Notes: generated by a model not told the origin, from the letters alone. A stretch of DNA of 63,792 bases, filler included, from Octopus bimaculoides (GCF_001194135.2; 6 parts of 6 records of this genome joined end to end with filler, not necessarily neighbours in it); one strand, 5' to 3'. Positions 25,057 through 39,380 are shown, counted from the whole stretch's first letter. Program-made: numbers and translations.

Positions 25057-25439
25057 CGATTAATCACACTCATATGCTCGTTCAATCGATCAACTGGGTT
25101 CGGCAGAGTCCTTTAGTCACCATTCACGATCTCATTAGTGACACGATCACTCTACTACAGGTCTGCTTTGGATTAGATTGATTGATTGACCGAAAGATTA
25201 ATCAAACAATCGACTTGTTAATGAATTAAATAGATGACTAATTGACTAAAAAGTAGAAAAGAAGTGAGACAACCTTCAAAAAGGTAGTGATTATAACAAT
25301 AGGAACACAACACACACATACACACACACTTACACACACATACGTGTACACACATACATACAAACACATTTGTATATATATTGCTGGTTTTTCGCATTGC
25401 ATTCTTGAGGTTTTGAATCCAGTCCTTCTGCGTTGCATC

Positions 25440-26065
<626 letters not shown>

Positions 26066-26135
26066 CATTCATTCATGTATGTATGTTCGTATGTATGTAT
26101 GTATGCATGTATGCATGCATGTATGTATATATATG

Positions 26136-26194
<59 letters not shown>

Positions 26195-26899
26195 AGGTTA
26201 ACATCATGGGGAGTATAACGGAAGGTGTCATGCATATATTACTTAACAGCGAAGGAAATATAACGAAAGCATGACAAATTGGAATGCTTGCTATATAGAT
26301 AGAAAAATACTGTTATGCAATCTCTCTGTTTTGGAAAGTGAAAGAATACATCAAACCGGGGAGGGGAAGAGATGAAAATCGTTGCCCTATGTCTTAAAAT
26401 ATTGGGCTTAGATAGTTTGACTACATTAGCTTTTCCGAAGCAAGTCTGACCTGGAGCTAAGCAATAGCTAGTGGAAAATAAATTCATTTTATATTGCTTA
26501 AATATGAAATTTTCGATGTGATATTATGTGGTGTTCATAATTTTTCGAATATAAATTTACACTGGTAAGTAAAAACGGTTTCCAATTAGTAAATCGTGGC
26601 AATTACCGGTTCGTCATGAACTTACCGGTGATCAGATTTTTATTATATTCAAAATAGTACAAACGCAAACGTATTATTGATAGCATATAGCACAAACACA
26701 CATACATACAAAAACATACACACATACACATATACATACATACATACAAACATTCTTTCATTCGTACATACATACATGCGTACGTACATACACACGCTCA
26801 CTTCCGGGATGACTCATCGTAGCTTCACTCACACTCCCAATCTCACACTCTCCTACTTACACTACATCGCCACCAAATCTTTCTTCACTTCTCCTCATC

Positions 26900-27257
26900 T
26901 TTACTATTCTTTACTATTCTTTCTCCGTTCCTACTTTCTCTCTGTCTACATCTTTCTTCCTTTCCTCCTCATGTCTGTTTTTTCTCTCATTTCTTTCGTT
27001 ATTTTTACGTATTTTTTTTTCGTCTGACTTCTTGTCTCTTTGTCGTCTGTCATCTTATCCATTCTATTTCTCCTTTCTTCACTCACTCCGAGTTATTTCC
27101 TTCCTATTTCTTCTTTCTTCTCTCCCTTTTCTCAAATCTCTTCTGTCTTTCCATGTAAATTTTTCCAGTGATTTTGCATTCTTTCTCTACTTTCCTTTCT
27201 TAGATAAGCTTTATATTTGTCGTTTTTCTTTGTTTCTCTCCAGCCTTCTTTCTTTTT

Positions 27258-27293
<36 letters not shown>

Positions 27294-27381
27294 TTCAAGC
27301 TTTCATTCTTTCTTTCTTTTTTCTTTCTTTCTTTTTTCTTTCTTTCTTTTTTCTTTCTTTCTTTTTTCTTTCTTTCTTTTT

Positions 27382-27421
<40 letters not shown>

Positions 27422-27434
27422 TTCAAGCTTTCAT

Positions 27435-27482
<48 letters not shown>

Positions 27483-27545
27483 TTCAAGATTTCTTTCTCT
27501 GCTCCATTCTCTCGTTGTTCTTTTTTTTTCTTTCTTTCTTTTAGT
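26900..27545. repeat. Long pyrimidine-rich (TTTC)n tract
   Basis: Direct inspection; includes the duplicated ttttcaagctttcattc at about 27293 and 27420. Confidence 0.95.
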
Positions 27546-28479
27546 CTATCACCCTCCCCCCTCGTTTGTCTTGTTTGTGTGTATATTTACTCATTTATTA
27601 TTATTTGTTTTGTCAATTCTTTCTTTTAAACTATTTCACTAGTTTTTCTTACTAACCTTTGTTTAAAGCAACTTTTTTTCTTGTATTGCAGTCTGTAAAA
27701 TTTAGTGAACTTCACCATTCTCCTTTTGTCAGTCCAACTTATTACCAATATACAAAAGGTACTTATGCACCATCAAGACCCTCCATCTCCTCCTCCTCCT
27801 CCTCCTCCTCNNNNNNNNNNNNNNNNNNNNNNNNNNNNNNNNNNNNNNNNNNNNNNNNNNNNNNNNNNNNNNNNNNNNNNNNNNNNNNNNNNNNNNNNNN
27901 NNNNNNNNNNNNNNNNNNNNNNNNNNNNNNNNNNNNNNNNNNNNNNNNNNNNNNNNNNNNNNNNNNNNNNNNNNNNNNNNNNNNNNNNNNNNNNNNNNNN
28001 NNNNNNNNNNNNNNNNNNNNNNNNNNNNNNNNNNNNNNNNNNNNNNNNNNNNNNNNNNNNNNNNNNNNNNNNNNNNNNNNNNNNNNNNNNNNNNNNNNNN
28101 NNNNNNNNNNNNNNNNNNNNNNNNNNNNNNNNNNNNNNNNNNNNNNNNNNNNNNNNNNNNNNNNNNNNNNNNNNNNNNNNNNNNNNNNNNNNNNNNNNNN
28201 NNNNNNNNNNNNNNNNNNNNNNNNNNNNNNNNNNNNNNNNNNNNNNNNNNNNNNNNNNNNNNNNNNNNNNNNNNNNNNNNNNNNNNNNNNNNNNNNNNNN
28301 NNNNNNNNNNNNNNNNNNNNNNNNNNNNNNNNNNNNNNNNNNATTATTATTTCGTAAGATTATCGCCGAGACTTTGCTTTTCACATTTCAGAATATAAAA
28401 TGACGTAGTTAAATACAACGAAGCAGCTTCTCCTATGTCCTACCTATTCTGTCACCTACTGCCTTCCTTTTACTTCAGC

Positions 28480-29100
28480 AATAGGGAAATTCAAAATCCC
28501 AAATGTCCTAGGACCAGACTAAATCACAAATATATATCCAATCACCAAATCGTGCTGGGCCGGAAAGAATCGCTGTACTTCCCAAAACATGCAACTGCTT
28601 GACCTAACACAGCCAGTCCCTAAAATTTGGTAACTAGGCAAAGCAAAAGAATTCTAAAGCCCAACAAAACATCCAGATTGTTTCACACAGAACCACCACC
28701 CATCTTTGTACGTCTGCAACCTACAGTCTTGATATTATCAAGCCATATTTTTCCTTCTCTAAATCAGAAACGGGCTCAGACAACTACACTCAGCTACAAC
28801 TTCATCCACAAACTTAACACAAAGATGATGGCTTCATCGACAAAACCCTCCTGCTAGTCTAGCAATCAACATGAGCAAAACTTCCAAATTAACACTCCTA
28901 CTATCCTTAAAACGTTGGTTTGTAAACTATCTTGCCAGTACAAATGGAACACAACAAGGATTCGTCGTCGCACCCACATTTATAAAATTATATTTACACG
29001 ATCCTCCCCACATTTCATCAGAATATACGCAGTCACATGCGCAGATAGCATTACTCTAATATCGTTCTCTAGTCACAGTTACTCACCTGCTCTAACCTTA
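28480..29100 (+). mobile_element. Heavily decayed LINE RT (Jockey/I group)
   Basis: GTQQGFVVAPTFIKLYLHD (like GVPQG.VL.PTLF.LY..D), CADSITL (like YADDIT) and GPD*ITN upstream. Confidence 0.55.
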
Positions 29101-30323
29101 TAGCAATCTCATGGGAACTTGCACCAAACAACAGACGTAACGTAGTATAATCTTTCTTCTTATCGGTAATACAAGAAAGCATAAATTACCACCAAGCATC
29201 ACACTCAAGAACATAAAACATGCTACATTCACAGAAAACTAGGAATTGCATACAACGCTTGCATAATATTGAAAGTACATACAGAAAGCAGAAAGAAGCA
29301 CAGCATTCTTAGATCGCTTACCTACTCCGCATTTGTCCAACAGAAGAAGAAACAACAGCACTTAAATATATATATATATATATACAAAAATAAGAGGAAT
29401 GACCAGCAAAAGTGGACTCCTATATGCTAGAAATAGATGCCGAATCATCTAACCACGTGAGAACATATTTTTCGTGGTTAGATGATTCGGCATCNNNNNN
29501 NNNNNNNNNNNNNNNNNNNNNNNNNNNNNNNNNNNNNNNNNNNNNNNNNNNNNNNNNNNNNNNNNNNNNNNNNNNNNNNNNNNNNNNNNNNNNNNNNNNN
29601 NNNNNNNNNNNNNNNNNNNNNNNNNNNNNNNNNNNNNNNNNNNNNNNNNNNNNNNNNNNNNNNNNNNNNNNNNNNNNNNNNNNNNNNNNNNNNNNNNNNN
29701 NNNNNNNNNNNNNNNNNNNNNNNNNNNNNNNNNNNNNNNNNNNNNNNNNNNNNNNNNNNNNNNNNNNNNNNNNNNNNNNNNNNNNNNNNNNNNNNNNNNN
29801 NNNNNNNNNNNNNNNNNNNNNNNNNNNNNNNNNNNNNNNNNNNNNNNNNNNNNNNNNNNNNNNNNNNNNNNNNNNNNNNNNNNNNNNNNNNNNNNNNNNN
29901 NNNNNNNNNNNNNNNNNNNNNNNNNNNNNNNNNNNNNNNNNNNNNNNNNNNNNNNNNNNNNNNNNNNNNNNNNNNNNNNNNNNNNNNNNNNNNNNNNNNN
30001 NNNNNNNNNNNNNNNNNNNNNNNNNNNNNNNNNNNNNNNNNNNNNNNNNNNNNNNNNNNNNNNNNNNNNNNNNNNNNNNNNNNNNNNNNNNNNNNNNNNN
30101 NNNNNNNNNNNNNNNNNNNNNNNNNNNNNNNNNNNNNNNNNNNNNNNNNNNNNNNNNNNNNNNNNNNNNNNNNNNNNNNNNNNNNNNNNNNNNNNNNNNN
30201 NNNNNNNNNNNNNNNNNNNNNNNNNNNNNNNNNNNNNNNNNNNNNNNNNNNNNNNNNNNNNNNNNNNNNNNNNNNNNNNNNNNNNNNNNNNNNNNNNNNN
30301 NNNNNNNNNNNNNNNNNNNNNNN

Positions 30324-30364
<41 letters not shown>

Positions 30365-31399
30365 ATATATCTGATACATCATGGTTTACACTAAACTGCT
30401 CCCAATTTCTGCAAACCATTACTCTATAAACTACAAGGAACACAAAACAGTGCATCACGCCAAATACATTTATAGACCAGTTTGTATAGTACAGCCAGTT
30501 GTCACGAGTGAGCGAATATGACATGGTAACATTTACCGTGCTTTTGTTGATTATTTTAGGTACCTATGTTGTCATAAGCAGACGTAGACATCCATTTGGC
30601 TCTCCCACTCTTGTCCATTGGAATATCCAGGATGACAGCTGGATGAAGAGATTTCTACACCAGCTGAGGTTCATTACAGTTGAGTAGACTGGAGCAGAGT
30701 GAATTGAAGTGCTTTGCTGAAGGACACAATTTGTTGAAGGACACAAGACGCCACCTCGTCCAGGAAGTGAACCTACGACCTAACCACTCTCACCTCCACT
30801 TCGCTTTCATTAAAAAATGAAAATAATAAAGATGAATGATCATCTGGGTATGTGAGGGGTATCACTGTCGCGGCCAACTTGAGTTCTATCATGTACCTGC
30901 AGAACGACAGGCTTTCGGTAAAGACCATGTTGGCAGCTTTGAACGTTCATGAGATTTTATTTCGGATGATGTAGAACTTTATATGGATGAAGTGATACCC
31001 CAAATATTCATAAACACTTCTAGGTACATCAGGATCTCGTACGAAGAGTGGAAGACGGTTGGAATTGTAGAGTGCTGAGGTCAACCTTATTTACCTCTTG
31101 GGGTAGAGAATTACCTGAATTAGTAATAGTGGTTGGAGCAAAAAAATCCGCCGATGATGTTTCAAACCTGCGAATAGTTTAAAAAACTAATGATAAAAAA
31201 AAAAGCAATATGAAAATTTAAACTGACAGGTTTTATAGTGCATTCATTAATAGTTCAACTTTAAATGTCACAAAAATAACGATAAAGTTGAAAATGCTAA
31301 TTTAAACGAGAAAAAAAATATTAACGACTGCCTCGAAAGCATTTATTTTATTTTTTAACTAACATTGTAGCAAAAGGGAATTCTTTAATATGAAGTAGT

Positions 31400-31950
31400 T
31401 CCAGGAACAAGAGAAACTTTGATTGATATATGTCGAGAGAAACTGCCGCCTTGCCAAAAGAATTTATCCAGTAAGCGATAAAAACGACTGTTATCTTTCA
31501 ATTTTACGAATAACAAGGAGCGCTTCCACATGTCATCGAAAGAGGAGTCGCAGATATCCTTTGTCAAGTGTCAGCCTTCGATTGGAGGAGCAAGGCTTTC
31601 ACTTGAAAGTGTGTGTGTTGGTTTTCAGGCTCGAGAATAACGCAGAGGCCGTGCACCACACGCTTGGTCAGATTTGGTGCTGCAGACGTATATGTTTATA
31701 CAAGGATCCCGGTGGGTGGTGACGGCACCGATGTTGACCCTTGGCTTGCTATCTCATTTGCGGTTTGCATAAACCTGTTGGACATGATAACTCTTTGAAG
31801 GCCAGACGGTTTCTGAAGGTATCTTCTTCTCCAGCCCAGAATCGGCCAGAGGGTATCAGCAGCAGTTCCACCACATGGCCTTGCACGAAAGAAAAGAGAC
31901 GGGTCATAGAGAAAGATGGGAATTTGTCAGAGACAGTAAGAAAGAAAGCA
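31400..31950 (+). mobile_element. Possible L1/Tx1-type LINE C-terminal region, decayed
   Basis: CpG-rich island; frameshifted QGALP...C.C...EAVHH.LV...AADV.VYT resembles the zf-RVT/zinc-knuckle region. Confidence 0.35.
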
Positions 31951-33009
31951 TGAACCCCGACTATAATCAAGTCAGAGGCTGGAAGTGACGATACTTCTAG
32001 AACTCCTGATATATAGAATAATAAGGAGAGATAATCAAAGCCTATTTGAATTGATGAACCTCAAAGGAACAAAACAAATATGTACTCATTTTAAAGGCCG
32101 TAGTATGTCATTTGAGTGTGTTTTGGCTGCTATTTCTCGATGCTTGGTCTGCCATATAGAACTTCCTTTTGCAGCTGTTGTTTAACACTAGGTTATCTCT
32201 GACCGAGCAAATCTATGATCAAAATGTGTTTAAGAAAATAAATTAGGTACATTGAAGACTATTTCTGATTTCTATCCTGAAAAACACATGACATCATTTC
32301 ATTGTTTACCATTTTCTTCTTTCCCTCTCTCTGTCATCAAGATCTGAAAGAAATTACTTAAATTATGGCTTGAATATGATATAATTAATTAATTGTCCAT
32401 CTGTTGTTCTATTACTCTACCATGACGGCGTACAATATACAGAAACAGGCTGTCTAAAGATATAGGGCAAATATGAAATATTAAATATCAAATGTTTAAA
32501 CAATATAACGTTTTGAGTTACTTGCTTTTAATGATAATTTGAAGAAAAAATACTAAAAGAATTTTCCCGTTTTTTTCTCATTTGCACGTAAAAGGTATAT
32601 CTGATAATTAGAAATTAGAATTAAGAATAAGTCAACCACTACAGTGATAAGTTTTTCATTCGCACATGGTTCATTCACGGACGTTGGTCTTAAAGCAATA
32701 TATAAGACCGCGTGTCCGTACCTGATTCACCTTTTAGGTAGTGCATATTCGAAATATAGCCGACATTGTTTAAATCTAATTAAAAGAAAATCGGAAGGAA
32801 ATGCTGCACCCCGTTAGTGAAACATTAATATTCATGTAGTGATCTAGACCATGTCTAACTGTTTGATAAGGTCTACAATAATTCCAATCTACGTCATGCT
32901 TTCGGCTGCACATGCGATATGTGTTAGACGTTTGCACACACACATACACACACACATCTATACTTGTATGTATGTATGTATGTATGTATGTATGTATGTA
33001 TGCTCTCTA

Positions 33010-33330
33010 CTATTTTACAGTTTTTGAAGTCTTCTAGTAATGAAGGAGGTGTTTTCTAAAGCCCCATGAATGGAATGTTGATAACAGAAAAAAACCTGAG
33101 AAAAGTCTTACGTATTTCTACTGTTTCACTTACAAATTGTATTTGTAATCTGCGTATTAGCTGGTTGATTTCTTTTTCTGAAAACACTAGCTTTTCCAGA
33201 TTGTTATTTAGGCGTTTACTCACTAAACCAAATGCACTTTTGTTTATTGATATAGACGTAAATTTATAATCTGTGCATAAGAACTGAAAGTTTCGGAGCA
33301 GTTGTCCGTTGTTATCCTCTTTCTTTTTGA
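33010..33330 (-). mobile_element. Related RLE-LINE 3' end, more diverged
   Basis: Minus reading EDNNGQLLRNFQFLCTDYKFTSISINKSAFGLVSKRLNNNLEKLVFSEKEINQLIRRLQIQFVSETVEIRKTFLR; (TATG)n on plus at 32966-33002 is the tail. Confidence 0.75.
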
Positions 33331-33429
33331 TTTTCGAAGTTATTCACATTAGCTATCTTCTATCACTGTTACACAAATTTTCTTAGCAGTCCCAAATAAT
33401 TATACCTGGCCTGCTATGTTTGCACTTAG

Positions 33430-33706
33430 TACTCTTTTACTCTTTTACTTGTTTCAGTCATTTGACTGCGGCCATGCTGGAGCACCGCCTTTGTTTGTAT
33501 GTCTGTGTTTGTTCCCCCAACATCGCTTGACAACCGATGGTGGTGTGTTTACGTCCCCGTAACTTAGCGGTTCGGCAAAACAGACCGATAGAATAAGTAC
33601 TAGGCTTACAAAGAACAAATCCTAGGGTCGATTTGCTCGACTAAAAGGCGGTGCTCCAGCATGCCCGCAGTCAAATGACTGAAACAAGTAAAAGAGTAAA
33701 GGAGTA
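33430..33706. mobile_element. SINE 3' half with an inverted copy of its own terminus (fold-back)
   Basis: 63-bp arms at 33430-33492 and 33644-33706 are reverse complements with 2 mismatches. Confidence 0.9.
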
Positions 33707-34249
33707 ATGGTTTGTAAATTATGCGGGATTTTTGTGTGGAAAATCTTAAAATGCTTTGTTTAAATAAATGAAACCAACGAGTTAACTCGTTACTTTGTTA
33801 ATTAGGTTGGATTTATAATCAAGTAGTTAAAGTGTCTTCACTGAGAACAAATTACAGCTCTACCGCCCTCTCTATAAGGAAGGACACTACTTCTAATGGA
33901 CTACGAAAGAGAATGGTCTATAATGCTCCCTTTGAGGTCCCAGATGAACTTGGCTAGCGACTTGCAATTTATTTTCTTATGTATTTAAAAAAGTGAATGT
34001 GGTTATGTAGTCTTGGATTTCGTTGCGGAAGATCCTTTGTAATAACAAACATTATCATTGACCGCGCACACACACATATATATATATATATATCTTTCCT
34101 AAAGCACAAGTTACCTATGGGGCATTCGTCACAATTCCTAAGTTATACATTCTATTATGTATGCAGTCGTAGGAGGCTATATTATTTATTCTATAAGTGC
34201 TAGTGTTATTACTCAGAAGAGACACTAAAATATTATTATCCTCGTTATC

Positions 34250-35165
34250 TACACCTGACAGATGTGCTCTGTTAAATGTAGACCCAGATTGGTTTATGCA
34301 CTCTGAATAAATACACTACGTTCATTCTTTCTGAAGGGGTTAAGTTTTCTAACGTTAATAGCTGCTATAATATCCGCTTATTTAGGTGAGTTGGAATATG
34401 CACACTGGACGATATGCATATTGGGTAGTTTACTATATCTGCTAGAGGTGGGGAAATATCTGCCTAACACCTTGAAGAAAATTCCTGGGATGTCATTGAT
34501 TGCGTGAATTCTGAAAGGAACTTTATACCACGCAATCATTCTATTACATGCTTTATTTCTCCTAAATTTGTTATAATGATTTATATTGATATAGTTGTTT
34601 CTATGTATATTAGTTCCCTCATGGTTGCATGAAGAATTGTGATTGTTTCCGTGGTTAAACTCCTCGTTGCTATGCTTAGTCGTTTTACGTGTGTTTATTT
34701 GGTGCCCAATCTGTAAATTATCCAGATATTTTCCGGGGCTTTCACTGGAAACAATAGAGTTATTTAGACAATTTATCTTTTTGATTGGAAGATAATCTTT
34801 ATTACTTGCTATGTGACTCTCTTCTTATTTTTCATACCATTATCCTGGTTATAAGCAATCCTATTCCCATGTCCATTACTATAATCATTCGTATTGCCAT
34901 GATCTTTATTACTTCTATACACCGGTGATCGTATTCTACTATCCATAGGCGTTTTCACAGTATTTACATCGGAAATATATGTTTCTCTAGCTGAAACGGC
35001 GTTAGCCTTGATATTCTAAACGGGTTACTACTATGTCTAGAATTAATAATAGCTCTTGGATAGTTGGATTCTCGATTGATGTATTGAAGCTTCTCATTGG
35101 GTTAATGGTAAGGATGATAAAGTCATCTAAAGTATTAGATATATCTTTGTTCGTCTTCGTTATTC
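34250..35165 (-). mobile_element. Penelope-like element remnant (RT C-terminus and downstream region)
   Basis: Minus reading LYHPYH*PNEKLQYINRESNYPRAII resembles the PLE motif Y.PY.KPN..L.YI...SNHP..II. Many stops downstream. Confidence 0.65.
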
Positions 35166-35389
35166 AAATACATGGCACTAGCCAAATGTGTGTGTGTGTG
35201 TGTGTATGTGTGCGTGTATGCATGCGTGTGTGTGTGTGTACACTTTTAATCGTTTGAAAAATTCAATAGACGAAACTGGAATACTTCTTTAAGTAATTCT
35301 GGCTTTTAGCTTACATAAAACTGATATTGAGCATGTTGTGAATATTCTTTGTTTGTTATCCTTCCAAATAAACATGCACAAATAAACGA

Positions 35390-35463
<74 letters not shown>

Positions 35464-35689
35464 NNNNNNNNNNNNNNNNNNNNNNNNNNNNNNNNNNNNN
35501 NNNNNNNNNNNNNNNNNNNNNNNNNNNNNNNNNNNNNNNNNNNNNNNNNNNNNNNNNNNNNNNNNNNNNNNNNNNNNNNNNNNNNNNNNNNNNNNNNNNN
35601 NNNNNNNNNCTAAGCATTTCGCCCGGCGTACTGTTTCTGCCAGCTCGCCGCCTTTATGTATGTCTCTTATGTATATTTCGCATATATAT

Positions 35690-36125
35690 GTATGTCTCTT
35701 CTATTTTTTAATTATTACAAATCTTCCACTGAGGAGGGAGCCGGTTTCCAACAAAGATACAAAGCTCCATCTTTGGGATGTAGTTAACACAGACAAATCC
35801 ACATTTGGAACTTGAGGAAAGTCTCGCATGTTTTTACTGTTCCACTCACAGATTGCACTTGAAATGTACGAATTAGCCGGTCGATTTCTCTTTCTGAAAA
35901 TCCCAATTTATCCAGATTCTCCTTTAAGCATTTACTAACAAAACCAGTGCTCCAAATATTATTGGTATGAATATGAATTCATAGTCTGGATATAGAAGCT
36001 GCAGGTTTCAAAGCAGTTGTCCATATATACCCTCTTTTCCTTTGATTTTCAAAAAGATATTTATATCTGCAGGGCAGCTGATCTCTATGATTGTACATAC
36101 CTTTGGCCCTCTGTCCCAAACATGT
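35690..36125 (-). mobile_element. Non-LTR retrotransposon 3' end with restriction-like endonuclease (CRE/NeSL/R4-type), copy A
   Basis: Minus reading WDRGPKVCTIIEISCPADINIFLKIKGKEGIYGQLL*NLQLLYPDYEFIFIPIIFGAL...LDxLGFSEREIDRLI...TVKTCETFLKF; (CATA)n-like tail at about 35655-35695. Confidence 0.85.
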
Positions 36126-36224
36126 ACGTATTATGGATATACGTATAGGTACGTATGTTTGTAGGTATATGTACATGTACGTATGTATGTGTGTATGTAT
36201 GCATGTAAGCGTGTATGTATGTCT

Positions 36225-36460
36225 CTTCTAATTTTTAATTATTATAAATCTTCCACTGAGGAAGGAGCCGGTTTGCAACAAAGATACAAGGCTCCATCTT
36301 TGGGATGTAGTTAACACAGACAAATGCACATTTGGAACTTGAGAAAAGTCTTGCATGTTTTTACTGTTCCACTCACAGATTGCACTTGTAATGTACGAAT
36401 CAGCCGGTCGATTTCTCTTTCTGAAAATCCCAGTTTATCTAGATTCACCTTTGTATTTAA
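36225..36460 (-). mobile_element. Same RLE-LINE 3' end, copy B, in tandem
   Basis: ORF 36311..36649 contains NLDKLGFSEREIDRLIRTLQVQSVSGTVKTCKTFLKF; the 3' UTR is nearly identical to copy A; (CATA)n tail at about 36140-36225. Confidence 0.85.
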
Positions 36461-39062
36461 ATGCGTGATGAATAGCACTACGACAATCATATCCGACACC
36501 ACTATAGCCGTAACATTAATTAAAGAAAAAAAAAACATTCTCAACGTCTTTTCAACTGCTGCCGTCGTCACCACCACCACCACCACCACCAATAGCGCCG
36601 CCGCCACCACCACCTCAAAAGCCACCGCCACCATCATCATCACGACCATTTATTACTTGTCATCGTTCACTGTCTGTAACTCTGATTGTCTCACCGGCTT
36701 CAATACTATTTGCCAGTCTGACTCTTCCGGGCTGCTGCTGCTGTTAATGCAGCTCTTGCTGGTCTCGTTCGCTATGCGGATCTTGTGATTGTAGTTTTCT
36801 TATTTTAGACCAACTGAGCCTTGGTCAAGCAAACATATGATCAAAGGCGTTTCAGTTGTGACCGTCATAGGCTTTTTAAAGAGCACTTAAGATTACACGC
36901 CTAATATACTCTAATGTGATTTGAGAAATATTTGGCTGCCATTTCTTGCAAGTCGAGCAACCAAAGTAGAGATTCCCTCGATGATTTTTTACCCCCGAGA
37001 CTGATCCTGAGCAAGCGTTTCTGCCCTACTCTTCGAAACGCCAGTGTTAGAATGAGGGCAGCTGATGAAGGAGATGTTCTCTATGTGGCCTGTGTGTTTT
37101 CTGTACTCGTTTATCGTTTTGTCTACGCTTTGTTTACAATGTCCTGTACCCAGATATGCATCTATATATACAGGTAGATGTAAGTATGTACATATATGTA
37201 CGTATATATGCATATACTCATTTATTATTTGTTGTCCTTCCTATCAATATATATATATATATATATATATTGATAGGAAGGACAACAAAATTCGGTAGCA
37301 ATGATAGGAATTTTCAATGGCCGGATAACTGAAGAGATGTTGGCGTGGGCTCCCACCCCAGCATCCGAAACTCGGAGTTTTATCATGGCTACCGAATAAG
37401 TGTCACATATTTTCACAGATATATATATATGTGCTTCACAGCGTTCGAGACATATACACTTCNNNNNNNNNNNNNNNNNNNNNNNNNNNNNNNNNNNNNN
37501 NNNNNNTTAATTAATTAANNNNNNNNNNNNNNNNNNNNNNNNNNNNNNNNNNNNNNNNNNNNATATATACATATATATATTTATATATATATATTACATA
37601 TATATATCCACACATATATATTTTATATTAAATACACACATACATATTCGTTTGTGTGCGTGCATGCATTTGTGGCCCTGAGAGTGAGCCTATGTAAATT
37701 TTGTAAATGTATATTTTGTAAGACTGATCATGCGTGTGCACCTGCCTGTGTGTGATATGTGTGTGTGTGTGTGTGTTTCTGTGTTTCTCTGTGAGAGTGT
37801 GTTTGTCTGTATAAATGCCTATATACATAGAAGAAGCATATACACGTATATGAAAACCCTATGTATAAAGCAAAAATAAATATAAGTTAAGTATCTTAGG
37901 TTTATAAAATGAATTAGGTATCAAATTGCTTGCATGTGTTCCATGAGAGTATGTTCGTGATAGGCAAAAGAGAAAATATCAAATAAAAAAATCAAATATA
38001 TTTCGGTCTCTTACATTTTATCAAGGGATATCTTTCGTTTCATACGTGTATGTTTTATATTTGATTTCAAGAAAATTTTCTTTCAGCAGGTTCACCATCT
38101 AAGGAAAATGAAAACAAAATTAAATAAATAAATATAGTAAACAAAAAAAGGACTTGAAAATAAATTACGAACGATGAAGGATGAAATCATATGAAAATAT
38201 CGATGGAAACGGAGAATCTGATGACTGAAGCATAGTTAAATGAATCAGGCGAGTAAGAAAGTGCCAAAAAAAAAAAGATAATAAAAACGAAACACGGGAG
38301 TGTTTCTAAAGGATGAACAAATCAAAACAACCACAAAGTACTGGCGTGCAATTATTCAGAAATTCTTTTGCATGTCCTCGCAGTTTGTTTAACTTTTAAA
38401 GACTTTTTCCATATACATAAAGCAGTTATGGATGTTTGAAATATCAATGCTTGTAGACACCGATCCCAATATATCGTGATTCCCAGTGACTGGTGAGATC
38501 AAGAATGTATTAATATCTGAGAAGTTGAAGTGAGGGTCGTAGTTATAGAAACGCCAGGCAGATGCAGTTTCAAATACATCAGTGCACGAGTTACTACTAA
38601 AGTATATATGAAAATTGCCATTAAATTATCTTCTGCATAAATCTTTTCGTATTTTAAATATCAGAGTACACCTCCGTGTATGTATATATAGAGGCGATGA
38701 TTTTGATTATTTGATGTAATTAAGATAAATATCTATAGAAGATAATGTAACTGTAGGAAATTCTGATTGTAGTACATTCATTTACATTGTTTCAATACAA
38801 ATGCGTGCGCACAAACACACACACACAAACACACACACGCACACACAAGCACTCTCACACACACTCTTTTAATGCTAACTAATGGGAAAAAGAGTATCCG
38901 GTATCATAGTAGAGAGTAATATTTTAATTTCGTCGAGTCAGTAACTCAATACACTGTGTTTCACCTGTAGGTTGTCATGTTCAAATATATATATATAAAA
39001 AATAAAAAAAAATACAAAAAATATTATACATCAATCTTAAGCGGTAATCTTCTCCGTCACTG

Positions 39063-39108
<46 letters not shown>

Positions 39109-39174
39109 GCTGAATTTTATTCATAACACTTTTTAGTTTTACTCAATTATTATTTTTTTTTTTAAATTGATTTC

Positions 39175-39380
39175 AAATATCGGCACAAGGCCAGCATTTC
39201 GTGGGAGGGAGTAAGTCGATTGCAAAGACATAATCCTTATCTGGTACCTATTTTCTTGATTCCATAATTAGGAATTGCAAAGTCGACCTTGGCGAAATCT
39301 GAACTTAGAACGTAAAGACGGATGAAATGATTCTATGCGTTTCTGCCGGCGTGCTAATGAGTCCACCATCTCGCCGTCTC
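39175..39380 (-). mobile_element. SINE family B
   Basis: ggcacaaggccagca...aagtcgaccttggcgaaatctgaacttagaacgtaaagacggatgaaatg. Confidence 0.8.

Noticed and set aside
32678-32720. Imperfect hairpin ACGGAC...GGTCTTA/TAAGACC...GTCCGT
   Set aside because: About 43 nt with a mismatch and a bulge; too short for a pre-miRNA and plausible by chance.
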